Part shown: in pieces, positions 26,743 through 39,048 of the stretch
Layout: every line of letters starts with the position of its first letter
How positions within the stretch are numbered: the stretch's first letter is position 1
Source: the human T2T-CHM13v2.0 reference genome, Homo sapiens
Assembly (NCBI RefSeq): GCF_009914755.1
Contig: NC_060927.1
DNA: 64,000 bases
Strand: one strand, 5' to 3'
Translations under genes and position numbers: made by a program
Notes under the pieces: generated by a model
What the model was told of the DNA's origin: nothing
What the model saw: only the letters and a program-made list of their open reading frames with translations
Databases searched by the model: none

Positions 26743-27070
26743 CCTCCCTCCCTCCCTTCCTCCCTCTCTGTCTCCCTCCCTCCTTCCTTCCTTCCTTCCT
26801 TCCTTCCCTCCCTCCCTCCTTCCTTCCTTCGTTCCCCTCTTTCCCTCCTTCTCTCCTTCTCTTTCCTTCCTTCCTCCTTCCCTTTCTTTTCTTCTTTTTC
26901 TCTTTCTTTTCCTTTCTCTTTCTTTTGTTTTCTTTCTTTCTCTCTCTTTCTCACTGTCTTTTTTTTTTCTTTCCCTCCTTCCCTCCCTCCCTCTCTTCCT
27001 CCCTCCCTTCTTTCCTTCCCTTCCTTTCCCCTTTTCCTTCATTTTTTTCTTTCTTTTCTTTCTTCCTTTT
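26743..27070 (+). repeat. ~330-nt (CCTT/CT)-rich polypyrimidine low-complexity tract
   Basis: Almost purine-free + strand; source of several spurious ORFs. Confidence 0.95.
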
Positions 27071-30000
27071 GGTGGGAGCAGACAGGGTTGTTTTTTAAAA
27101 GACGTTTTCTTCCCTAGAGTCATCTCTGCTCTCCCCACATAGCCTCTGCCAGGATGTACTCCATCACCCCAGTTTACTATCTTTCAACACAGATTCGGGA
27201 CGCAGACAAAGCAGGACATTCCTTAGGAAATTGTATATGTAGCCTGAGAGTCCAGACACCTGCGATTACAGACTTTGGATCTGTGAGCCCCCTCTGACCA
27301 TCCTACCCCAAAGCATCATGGTTTCAGGTTAGTCACTCCCTTATGGCTTAATGCTGTGCTATTTCTGTGCCTCCTACAAACGTTTTCCTAGTGGTAAACA
27401 CAGGGACTTCTCAGGGCATATACGGTTGACCTTAAAACATCTGAAATGTTTTGAGGCCCCATCTCCAGCCTGTTTGCCTTCTTTTTCTACCGATCCCCTT
27501 GGGTAATCTCATCTACTGCCCAGGCCTCCAGCAGCCATTTATGCCAACACCTCCCAAAGATACAGCTCTCGGTCCCACCTCTCTGCCGATTTCTAGATTT
27601 CTGCTCAAATCCCTGATGGGCATCTCCACTTGTGTTAGCTATAAGTTAGCAGGACCCCATGACACTGTCATCTCCCTTCCTCCATTCTATTTGCCCTCTC
27701 GTGTTCCATAGCTTTCTCAGTGGACTCACCACCAGCCAAGGATACCCAAGCTAGAAGCTTTGCAGTCATCAGACTTCTTTTTCTCTTGCTTTTCTCCAGG
27801 AACTAATCTGTGCCCACTCTACCTCCTGGGAGTTTAACCATTGTTAGGACTTATAATGAGCCAGATAGTTGGCACTGTGAATTCAGAGTGGCCCAGCTGG
27901 GAATGGAGGAGCAGCGGTTTGAAACTAGGCACTGTTACTTCAGGATTCATATTCTTGACCACCAGGCTCGACCGCCTGCCAGCATAGGGCTGCTGAGATC
28001 TGCACCTGTCAGCCTTTTTGCCTGGATAACTGAGATAGCCTTTTAGTGGCCTCCTGCCTCTGGGCATTTCTCTCTTCCACGCGGTTGTCAGTGATGCCCC
28101 CCAAATGGAACCCTCACTACCTGCTTCCCCATCTGAACAGCCTTCTGTGGAGTATGGAGCCCATGGCCACCCTGATGGAACCCATCAGTGCCTCACGTGG
28201 TCTGGCCCCACCTGGGTTTCTCCACTCACTCCCCTACGCTTATTGTCCTGCAGCTGCAACTCATGCCTGCCAATCCCCAGCGGGGCCATGAACTCAGATG
28301 CCTTTGCTTCATGTGGGACGTGCCCTCATTCCCTTTGGCAGGCTCCCCAAGCCCTGATTGAAATGTCTCCTACTCTAGAAACTTCCTCTTGATCCCCTGA
28401 GGCAGAGATAATGGGTTGTGCTTCATTTACTGTAGTAATGACCACACTTCAACTGGAGCTTGACTGTAAGACCCGAGGGGGCAGAGACCAAGTCTGTCTT
28501 CACTCCGAGTCCCCTCGAGGAGCCTCCACACGTGCTGGATGAAAGGTCCTCAGTGTGTACATGATGAATCAGTGTGGATACTCCTACTGTATAAACTATT
28601 CTGGGAATTCACTGAGATAATATGTGGAAGGCACTCAGCTCAGCATGGAGCTTTTAACACATCGTAACAGCTCATCCAAAGCAACTCTGCTTACTTTTTG
28701 GTTGTTTATCTTCCCTCACCCACTAACTCGCCCAAGGGTGCACTTTCTTCCGGGGTCAAGTCTCCATCTGACTCCCCGGCACTCAGACTGTAAATGTAGA
28801 GATAGAAGTTCTGACCCAGTGTGGCCACCGTGTTACTTTAGCCTTCTTACCATTTTTGAATAGAAACATGAGGATGTGAAATGTGAACTTGTGTTGTTGA
28901 TGATTATTGCCATTTTAAAGGGGACCTTCTTTAGGTGTGGGAGGGAATTGATCTGAGCCCATGGGAAATACATGTCAACTTGGAGAAATAGCCTTATGAT
29001 GGCAGCAGTCCTCTTTTCTTCTTCTTTGTAATAATGATGGACAGTAGTGGTAACAAGTGCTCATGTACCACGGGCTAGCCAGGCGCCCTCACTGCATGGT
29101 CTCATCCATCTTCCTGGGGCGCCTATGTAGTAGGTACTGTTTTGATCCCTTTCTGCTAATGAGGAAATAGAGGATCCGAGAGGTCAGGTTATATGCTCAG
29201 AGTCACAGAGCCAGCTGGTAGTTGTTCCAGGGTTTGTTTTCTGCCAGAACGTGAGTTTGTAACCTCTCTACCATGCCGCCTCCTTACTCCACCAATTTTC
29301 CAGGCACAGACATGGCCGCTTCAAGGACTTTGCGTCTGTTTGCCAGGCAGATTGGAAGTTGTGCCTCCACATTTTGTTTTCTTTGGTAGTGGAGTCTTTG
29401 TGGGAGACACTGTGCCCTCCTGATAATCAGAAGGCAGCTCGAGTGGTCAGTGTATTTGCTTTGTTTATAAGGTCTGCCCATGAATTCTGGAGGAGGAAAT
29501 CATGAAAGACTTTTCCTTTCAGACTGGGCATCTCATTTGCCAAATGACAATTATGTGTGCTACATACATGTACTTCCAGCAAGTTCCAGGTTCCCAGGTC
29601 TTAGGAAAGTTAATGACAGGAAGACTGTCCTACAGAACTTCCTCACTGTGGAAGAGATTGACAGCAGCTCATCTAATTAGGGCCGTTATGAAAAGTTGGA
29701 TTAATAGCGATTTTTGTTTTTCGCTTGCGTCTAAAGAAGCATATGTTCTTTGGCATCATGTGATGGTTATTAGATCTCAGCTTTTGCCCGTTTTGCTCAG
29801 AGAAGCTAAATGCACCAGATACTCCCCACATCTGAGTCTTTACTGGTTGAAGAATATTCATGTTTGGGCGAAGGGAAAGGGAGGAAGGTCTTCTCATTTT
29901 ATAAAGTGCCCAGCACTGTGCGTGGAGCCAGTAGGTACTCTATCTGGGCTACATGGAATAGTCCCAATTGCAGATGAGGAAACTGAGTCTGAAAAAAGCC

Positions 30001-31050
30001 ATGTGTCTTACCCAAAGTCACCCAGTTGGCAGAGCTGGGATTTGAACACAAGGCCCTCAGAAGTCTCTCAGCTTTCTCCCATGCTAGCCAGCCTTTAAGT
30101 TACATGAGTCCAATGTGAGGGAGCTATTCAGTGCCCTGTACCCACTTTGGAGCTCTGCCTACTAGAGAGCAGTGTCTATCTTGTTTTCGTTTGGGGTGGG
30201 AACAGGCTGCACTGGTTATTTGATCTGAGAAGCAAGTAGTCACTGCTTGGTTAGCCAATGAGTTTTAAAGGTAGACCTTTAAAATGGAGTGGAATGGAAG
30301 CACATTTTTTTTTTAATAACAATGCATGAGCTTTTCCTTAATTTCTGCTGGTGTCTTTCTTGTGGGTAGCTTCCTCACAATTGTTAGAGGAGAGCTTGTC
30401 CCCGACAGAAGAAAGGCTCTTCCTCAGTTATCGTTTCTGTAGGTTTTCTGGAATTCATCTTGAGGGTAAGAGTGAAGGCTGGGATGCACTGCAGATAGCT
30501 ATTGCAAACCCCTCTACTATTTCCGATTAGTGGATACGTGTGTGAGTTGTATGCCTGTCTTATATTTACAAGAGGAAGTATCCCGTTTAATTTTACTTTC
30601 ACACCAAAAACCCAAGTGTTAAGAGAACGCGGTGTTTTAACACTCCCTCGGTTATCAGCTGCAGAGCGGAGGTTGTATATTGTCACATACAGTTTTTGGA
30701 GTATGTTTCTACATTTGTTACCTGGCAACATTGCTGCACTGGGACGCGAAGTTGTATTGGTTCCCAGCAGACCCTCGCTGTTCGTACTGTAGAAGGCAGA
30801 AGTTGTTTTCCTCCGCGGGGATTTAGAAGAGAAGGCACAAGGCTAGTGGGGTTTGGCTGACAGATGGGCTGATGCGCTTCGGTGACATGACCCAGAACCA
30901 GGCACTGGGCAGGGGATGTGGACTCTTGTCCTGTCCCAACAACAGCTCCCTGTAATGCAAGGTCACGTGGTAGACAAGGGTTAGTATTAGGTAACCTTGA
31001 ATACTAATTCGTGATTCTTTATCTTCTCAAAGTAAAAACAAAAGAACAAA

Positions 31051-33450
31051 CTTTTGTTCTGGTCATTTTATGAGTCATCTGAGCACTTGCAGAACCATAA
31101 TGGCAAATAGCTAATACATGGCACCTTTTCAGTTGCTCACATTGGATACCCAATTCCCTGCCTTCATTTATGCATTATTGTGGTTTTGACCACCTACTGG
31201 TTCTGATGAGAGAGGAAATCCCGTAGTAGGAGTGATAGCCAGAGCATCTCTTGCTGAGGTGACCCCCTGAGCTGATTATAGCCCTATGGGGTATTTTGTT
31301 TTGCTGATACATAATACATTGAAAACACTGTATATAGAATTTTTTGAATGCTTAAGTGGGGCCTCCATATACACTGAGATCATTTTATCCCCCTACCTTC
31401 CACTGCACTTCACTGACACTTAACCCCGAAGACATTTGCATTGGAAACTTCGCATTATCTGTTTGAAAGTCCTCTCAGTTCAAGCCACACATTCTAAGAC
31501 TCAGCAAAAGCTTATTGACACCAAGGGCATTGAATTCACCAGCACCTGTAACGTTTCTTGAAGAATGCTTGCTAGGGAAAAGTTCCCATGGTAACTGTTT
31601 TTAAAAGAGTTTTGTAGCATCAACAGGTTAGACAGGAAGTCAAAATCATGGAGCTCAGCAGCATCCCCTATAAGCACGTGCTCCTTTTTAACCACCCCTA
31701 ACAAAGACACTGAAGCACCCTGTTCATAAGCCCTGATGGGCACTGGAGGGTCTGGCCAGGTTGGGCTGGATTTCAGGGGACCTGATTTGTGTTTCCCTGT
31801 GCAGTGCTCGTTTCCATCACCATCTTTAAGGAGGAGGCCTTTTCCATCCACTGGACTCTTACCATCGTGCCTGTTAAGGAACAAAAAGACAACTGCTTAG
31901 GCCTGGAGGGTATGTGGAAACCACCAGTTACCTTTGAATATACCTGTGGTGCTCGAACCTCCTTTAGAAAACCCAAGATGCCATTTTAATGATGCTTTGC
32001 TCTTGGGTATCAAATTTACTCCTTAATTTACCTCAGGAGATGTTCTAAGAGGAAGCCACAAGATTCCATACCTGCTGTTGTTGTTTTAGAGCTGGTGGAT
32101 TTTTTTTTTTTTAATCCGCGGAGGAGGACTTGACCCTGTGGGTTCCTAACTTGGATGGCCATGCAGAGCACCCTTAACTTGGAAATCTATATCCTGCTGT
32201 TTAAACTTCAAGATGATTCCTATCTGGATTAAAGTCCTCAACCAGCAGGCCGAGGCAAACTCTAAAGAAAAACAAGGTCATGCTGCATTTTTTTTTGGTA
32301 AGCACAGGAATCAACAAAGAGATGTTATATAACTTCTATTTATATCCTCCTTGCTCACTATCTGCAGGCAGACAAGAGTCGCTGAGAAGGGATTTAATGA
32401 GCTCTCTGGGTTTGCTCACCTTCCTGAGCTGGTAGGAACCAGCTTGTTCTCAAATGCGTCAGTAAAGAATCTGGCTGTGGGTGGGCGGCCAGGGTAGGTG
32501 GACTGCGTTGTTGCTATGGTGTTTTTTAATTCCCCTGTCTCTCAAAGATCTCACTCCCCCCTTCCCTGACTCCTTCCTTTTGCCCCCTTCCTTTCTTTCT
32601 TTCTTTTTTTTTTTAAATCTGTAAGCTTCCTTGTTTCTCACACCTACTCATGATTCTTGGAGCTGTCTCCGGAAACAGAATATTTTCCCTCTCCTTCCTA
32701 AGTGCTCAGCTCCCCCATTGTGTAGCCCCGGGACATCAGAAGTTGTTTTCTAAGGTGTGTTTTTTCCACCCTCCCTTATTTCTTTTCCCATGATTTTTTT
32801 ATTACCAATCCCTCCATGAGAGAGACCTATCCTAGGAGTCTTCCATCTTGCCTGATAGAAGTTTTCTCTGGCATATTCCAAATTCAGATTGCTCCAAAAC
32901 CAGGTGAAGTCTGTTGCTAGTTGGACAGTCGGTATGGCCTGGAGGAGAAGGGCTGTTTGTATTTCCATGCATCCTCCTTTGTCCTCTTGCCCTGGGTGAA
33001 GCAATGACGTCTCTGTCTCCTCTAGTGCGTTATAAAATAGAACCGCAAGAAAACAAGAGAATGGGTTTACCCCACAATCATAATTCCTGGAGCTTGGGTA
33101 ACTCCTGTTACCTGAAGGTTGCAGGTTGAAATGACTCAGCTTGCATTTAATTAAAAAAAAAAATGCTGCCCCATCAGATTCTCAGCAGGGACGACGAATG
33201 CACCTTGCTGAGAACCCTATGGCTGCCCAGGGAGTGGCCCCCTGCACCCTGGCCGGCCTGGTGGTGGCCACAGAGGCTTCTGAGATGGCTCTGTGTTGTC
33301 CATCACATTCCCACCAGAGCAGAGACACTTAGAAGATGTGAGTAGGGAGGTTAGGATGAAAAGTTCTTAGAAAAGAATATGTAGTTCCATGAGGACAGGC
33401 TGAAAAAATTTTTAAAAAGCCAAACCCACCTCTGCCTTGCCCAGAAGTTG
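31051..33450 (-). ncRNA. EGOT: EGOT (eosinophil granule ontogeny transcript), antisense lncRNA nested in the long ITPR1 intron; ends approximate
   Basis: EGOT is known to lie antisense within this ITPR1 intron (recalled, not searched). On the - strand: a strong acceptor (catgaccttgtttttctttag, exon 2 starts at 32261), candidate donors at 33203 and 33111, CATAAA (31067-31072) plus a U/GU-rich downstream element (31031-31050), and kB, C/EBP and TATA-like motifs at 33447-33605. Confidence 0.8.
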
Positions 33451-33620
33451 TGCAATCCTTAATAGCAGTAGCCTGTTTGAATAATCAGAGGCAAGCTGAC
33501 TTCCCTTTATTAACTTCTGTTAGAGACATCTGCATAAAATATCCCCGGATTCCAGACCAAGTAGGTAATTTTTTTTTCCCCTCTGAGTAACGGGAGGGAC
33601 TTTCCCTTTGGAAATCTTCC
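33447..33620 (-). promoter_or_regulatory. Putative EGOT promoter: canonical kB site GGGACTTTCC (33596-33605), C/EBP-like GTTGTGCAAT (33447-33456), TATTAA (33459-33464, - strand)
   Basis: Motifs read directly. EGOT is known to be NF-kB inducible. Confidence 0.6.
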
Positions 33621-34527
33621 AGCAGAGTTAACTTCATGGTTGAGACTGTTTTCTCATTATAAGGTGCCAACAGCTAGATTCCTGATGCAGGGACAATGAA
33701 GGCGCCTCATGTACACACTTGGATCCCCTGCTTCCCTGAGAACTGACTTGATGTTCACAGTTGCCTCTGGTTCTTCTGCCTTGACCCTCCTTTTCACGGA
33801 GAAATCTATGCCCGCTCACATTTCCTGAGGTCCTCTGAGTTCCTCTTTGAAACTGTCAGAGGCTCTCTCAAAGTTTCTACCAATTTCCTATTCCTGGGTT
33901 TTAGACTTTTGATCAAGATGGCTCTGACACTGAAGGGGATAGTCCTGTAAACCCTCTGAAGTCTTCAAGCCTCGTTTTTCCCCTGGAATTCAGGACTTTA
34001 AAAATATATATATTTTATTGCTCTTCGAGGAGGATGTGTTGCAGTTGCCCTCACCATATGGTATTTGAGAAATATGTTTTTATTAGCCTCCTTGCAACAC
34101 AAACCCACAAACTGTTGAGCCCAGAGCTTGTAGCTATCAAGTCTGGGGAGGGAGCCACGTTTGGAGACGGAAGGTGCACAAATGATCATCCCTCCCGGGC
34201 TGTAGTTAATCATGCAAGCTGCTGTGTCACTGGGGCCGGGGTAGTTAACAGTTAACTCGATGGATTAAGGATCCCCAGCCAGGCTGAGCCCATCACAGAG
34301 TTAAGTGCAAAAACCGGATAAGCCCGTAGAGGTGACAACACCACATCAGCTGCCTTTGGCTGGTCTGCGGTGTGCTGCATATTCCCACTTAGCAGGACTT
34401 TGAGCTTTCACATGCAGGCTTCTTCTGGCCATAAAGTTATACTTCAGCTGCCATGGATGCAAAGCTTGGCTTGAGTGTTTCGGAATTGCACCTCCTTCAG
34501 GATTATTGTTCATTCATTAATATAGTA

Positions 34528-34658
34528 AATTTTTTAAAAAGAGAGAAGAGGCCTTGCTGTGTTGACCAAGCTGGCCTTGAACTCCTGGGCTGAAGAGATC
34601 TTTCTGTCTCAGCCTCCGGAGTAGCTAGAACTACTGGCTTGTGTCACCACAGCCGGCT
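34528..34658 (-). mobile_element. Alu monomer (FLAM-like) inside an L2 relic
   Basis: Single Alu arm flanked by TAATATAG on both sides. Confidence 0.75.
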
Positions 34659-37263
34659 TAATATAGCAGATGTTTACTTACTGAGCACTCCCTGGGTGTC
34701 AGGTGCTATACACATTGGCGTCAATACAGTCAGGGATGAGACCAACATAGCCCCTGCCCTCCAGGAGCTTACAGTCTTGTGGGAGACAGAGCTAGGAAAT
34801 CAGCTCATCATCAGCTAAATCAGAGCTTCAGAGAAGTGTGATGGGGAAGCAAACAGGCGCCACGAAGCGTGGCCAGGGAGGGCTTCTCTGGGGAGATACC
34901 GTTCAAGCTGAGACCCAACAGATGCGAAGAGAAGGAGCTGTGTGAAGAGTAGCAGAGGGCAAGAGTATTTCAGAAGAGGGTTGGCTTGTGCTTGGGATGT
35001 TGGAGGAGCTGAGTGAAGGAAGCTAACGCGGTCTACCCCATGGTGGTCGGTCAGGGGCAGAGCTGCGGAAAGTATCTGCTCCACCAGGGTGATGGGCTTG
35101 TCATCAAGTCGGGGCTGGATGAGGTGATCTCTGTGGTTCCCGCCGATCCCTAGTCGGTGCTTCTAAAGGGCACCAAGTTGGCTTGGGCCTGTCCCCTGCT
35201 TGGATATGCGCTGCCGCCGCCAAAGCCCTAATATACAAAGCAGCTTTACCCAGATGAGTGCTGTGTGATTTCACCCTGCCCTGCTCTAACCGCTTGGCCA
35301 TCTGTACATCTTACTGTCAGCTGCCAGGGATGCTCTCTGTGGCCGTGTGGAAGTTACCTGGTGGGCCAGCACACAGCAAGATGGGGATGCAGGGTGGGGA
35401 GACATGAAGAGTCCCAGAGCATTCTGCTGGGGACCAGACTCGGCTGTACCCGAGAGTCAGTTGAGTTGGGAAGGACTAGGGTTGACTGGGGGTGACTGCA
35501 GTCTTCATCAAGGAGGCACTTGCTTTGCTTGATGCTTTGCCACCTAAGCCAGTGTCCTTGCCTCCATCCGGCCTGAGTGGATTTATTTTTTTCGGCTTCT
35601 ATGGCCAAGTGTCCTTGTCACAGTTTGTGTGGAGAGCAGCGAAGGGAACGTGGCTGGTGTAGACACCCTGCCGGTACTGTGCGGGCTCTCACCTGTTTTC
35701 TCTCCTGCACTCCTTGCAATAGAATCTCAAGTGGTTCTCCTCCTCTTTCTCCATTGCAGATGAGGGAACTGAGGATGGAAGTTAATAAATGAGCTGTCCA
35801 AACCCACCCAGTTCCTAAGTCACCCCTATGCGTATGTTTCTACCTTGCTAAAGATGCAGGATAGAGATCGCTTTCACTGAGCCGTGTGACTGCACAAACA
35901 CAGAAAATGGGGGGGGGGGGGCAAGGATTATTCTTGGCATCTGTATAAATTTCAAGTTGAATTCCCTGGGAACCTCGGAGCATTGAGGACAGGAAATGTT
36001 GGTTGGTGTTGATTCATTGTCCCTCAGGTACACAGAATGGAAATAAGACCTGGGGAGTTGTTTCCAGAGATCGACTCCCCTGACCCTGCAACTCCTGCTT
36101 CAGCCCTCGCTCTCCACGATGCAGATTGCCACCCCCATGGAGGAACAGCACCCAAGTCACTGCCAGGTCCTCAGCACTGGACCCTCCTCCCGGGAAGAGG
36201 ACTTGATGATAGAATTTTCCAAGCACCTCTTGCATCTGTCTTTTCAGGGTTCATGAGACAAGGTGGAGGTCTGATGAGAAAGTCTTCATGTCCTCCTGGC
36301 CACAGTTCCCACAGTGATCATGTGGGTGAGCTGAGACAGGACCTGAGAGTTTCACAAGAGCCACCAGAGGATACTTGTCATTGAATCATAGAACCAGCCC
36401 TGGAAGCCACCCTCAGAGGCTAGCATGTGTCTCCTGCAGCCCAGACATGCAGTTCACATTGTTCATTCCTTCTTTATGGACTGAGATTTTAAAGCCCTCT
36501 GATTCCTTGGACAAAAGTCCTTCCTGAGATCTAACCAAACTCTCCTTTGCTTTAGAGTACCTTTTTAATAAGCCTCATATTGGCTTGAAGAGCCACCAGA
36601 ACACCTTCTTGCCCTCTTGGAGGATTACCAAGGAGCTTCCTACCACAGTCCCCTTCCACTTCAGGCAAATTTTGATGTTGCATCTATTTTACATCTGTTT
36701 TCAAGGGTATCGTTGATTTGACACTCCACTGGTCATCTTTGTTTTGTCTGGAGGCTTTCCAATCTTCATGACTTGGCTGGAAGAGACAGACGGCTGTGCC
36801 GTGTATCCCCACAAAAGATACTGGCCTTTGGCATCTGTTTGACTATTGAACCCAGAGAAAATTTGGAGTCTCCTTAACTTCTTGTTCCTGGGTCAGAGCC
36901 ACAGGGTCCTCCAGGGTGGTGGCTGACCTGCTTCTCTGAAATCTGGTTTTACTGTTGAATATTGCTGGAAACAGTGGTTGCCGGTAGCCTGCCTACACCA
37001 TCAGGGGCTTCCTACGATAATACCTTTAATTTTTTTTTTTTATTTTTTTAGGAATTACTGTTTGTTGGTTGAGTTGTTGTTGAATATGTGTGAAACTGTT
37101 AGCGTTCTGATCCACACAGGGTGGAGGGGGACCACGCTGCTTACCAGATAGGGCAGAGCTTTCCCAGTAAGTCCCAGTTCCCGTGGGCACTGGGAGACAG
37201 GAAAGGAGAGCTGTTGAGCTTTCTGTCTCAGAAGAAAGGTGTTTTTTCCCCCAATTAAAAACA

Positions 37264-37394
37264 TTTTTTTTTTTTTTAGACATGGGGTCTTGCTATGTTG
37301 CCCAGGCTGGTCTTGAAATCCTGGGCTCAAGCAGTCCTTCCACCTTGGCCTCCGGAAGTGCTGTGATTACAGCTGTAAGCCACCATACTGGACC
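37264..37394 (-). mobile_element. Alu monomer (FLAM_C-like)
   Basis: T-tail, agacatggggtcttgctatgttgcccaggctgg...ccaccatactggacc. Confidence 0.85.
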
Positions 37395-38180
37395 CTGAAA
37401 AGTGTTTTTAATAGAACAGGTTGGACTTTGCTGCTTGAAGAAGACTGAATTCACCTTGAAAATCATCATGAAGATCCCCTGCCTTGGCCTTGACCCTGGA
37501 GCTTAGGCCGTTCCCCAGAGCCCAGTGACCAGATTAATAAGAGTGAAGGAAGGGTTCTTTGTCCTCCACCTTTTCTCTCAGGTGTCAGGCATAGCGAAGG
37601 GCGTCTGCCCCACCCTTGCCTGGCAGGGTAGTTGAAACTGGTTTGTCTCTCACTTGTTAAAAGGTGACTGTACAGTGTGGATGAGGGAGGACCTTATTTC
37701 AGACAAATGAAATTGAAATGTTGACACCTCTCCAATACAGACTTGCTTCACTTCATCGCTTCCTTTCTACTTGGAAGTCTATGTTATTTCTGAACTCATT
37801 AAAGCTGGAAACATCCTGAGAGAGGCTGGTAAACTGAGAGCTGCAGATGTTGGCTGGTTGAAAGCCATCAGACCTTGCAAAAAAGTTTCTTGTTAGGGTG
37901 AGTGATAATTTATGCCAAGGGAGGGTCCAATTCTGAATGCCCATTGTACTCATTATTAGGCCCTTTTCATAGGTCAGACTTTTGCTGAAGTCGAGACTGG
38001 TTTAAAATGTTGGGAAATGCTTTATGTGGAAAGGCTGGGGATTACTTGAGAGGAGGGTCTGACACAAGCTTGTATTCTGCCTTTGGGTGTATTAAACTTT
38101 GACAAGCGGAAGCAACGATGTTTATCTCTGCACGTGCAGAAATTTGAATGGCTTTTATAGCTAGTGAAATTTCAGCCAAA

Positions 38181-38535
38181 TTTTTTTTTAACTTTTACTT
38201 TAGGTTTGAGGGTACATGTGAAGGTGTGTTATACAGGTAAACTCATGTCACTGGGGTTTGTTATACAGATTATTTCATCACCCAGGTACTAAGCCCAGTA
38301 CCCAATAGTTATTTTTTCTGCTCCTCTCCCTCCTCCCACCCTCCACCCTCAAGTAGACCTCAGCGTCTATTGTTTCCTTCTTTGTGTTCATGAGTTCTCA
38401 TCATCTAGCTCCCACTTATACGCCAGAACGTGCGGTATTTGGTTTCCTGTTCCTGCATTCGTTTGCTGAGGATAATAGCCTCCAGCTCCATCCACGTTCC
38501 CACAAAAGATATGATCTCGTTCTTTTTCATGCCGT
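38181..38535 (-). mobile_element. Old L1PA-type 3' end, antisense
   Basis: ggtacatgtgaaggtgtgttatacaggtaaac...agctcccacttatac...gcctccagctccatccacgttccc. Confidence 0.85.
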
Positions 38536-38641
38536 CCAAACTTAAAAAAAAAAATTCTACATTGTGACACTTAATGGGAATTGCCATTCATTGTGTTTTT
38601 GCTGTCAATTTAGAGGCCATTCAACCTACCAGAACCAACTA

Positions 38642-39048
38642 GAATTATCACTGGATGCAATTTGGACACTAGTCTTTGGCCATTTATGTAACACCCAGCT
38701 CTTTTCTGGATCCACCTATCTTACACCTTCCCTGGAAAGGGGTATTATTGTTAGACAACTGTAGCACCTTCCATCTGAGTAGTTCTTGGTAGTAATCAAA
38801 GTGTTTTTCACACCTACTGTTTCATAACAACCTTGCTGGGTGGGCCCCAGCTTCCATGTGATGCTGACATGGCAGGTGGTAAGACCCTCATTTTTTAGCT
38901 AAAGAACCCAGGGCACAAATGAAGTTAAGTAAATTGCCCACAATCACATGGCTGGATAGCAAGGAGCCAAGGCCAAAATGTAGGTTTCCCGAGTTCCAGT
39001 TCTCCAGGCACTCTCTGCCTACCCAGGTGTGTTTTATTACCTAGTTCA
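38642..39048 (+). repeat. Left arm of a ~405-bp inverted duplication (unique sequence plus a MIR-like part)
   Basis: Hand alignment to the reverse complement of 40553-40954: 25 substitutions and 2 indels. Confidence 0.95.

Noticed and set aside
26546-27142. Several 130-200-aa ORFs rich in P/S/F/L or R/K/E/G
   Set aside because: Artefacts of the stop-free polypyrimidine tract.
29502-30098. 198-aa plus-strand ORF
   Set aside because: Its 3' part is MIR-derived and it has no protein-like features.
31501-31884. 127-aa ORF within EGOT exon 2 as a possible micropeptide
   Set aside because: No recognisable motif and far from the 5' end; EGOT is regarded as non-coding. Ribo-seq or PhyloCSF would be needed.
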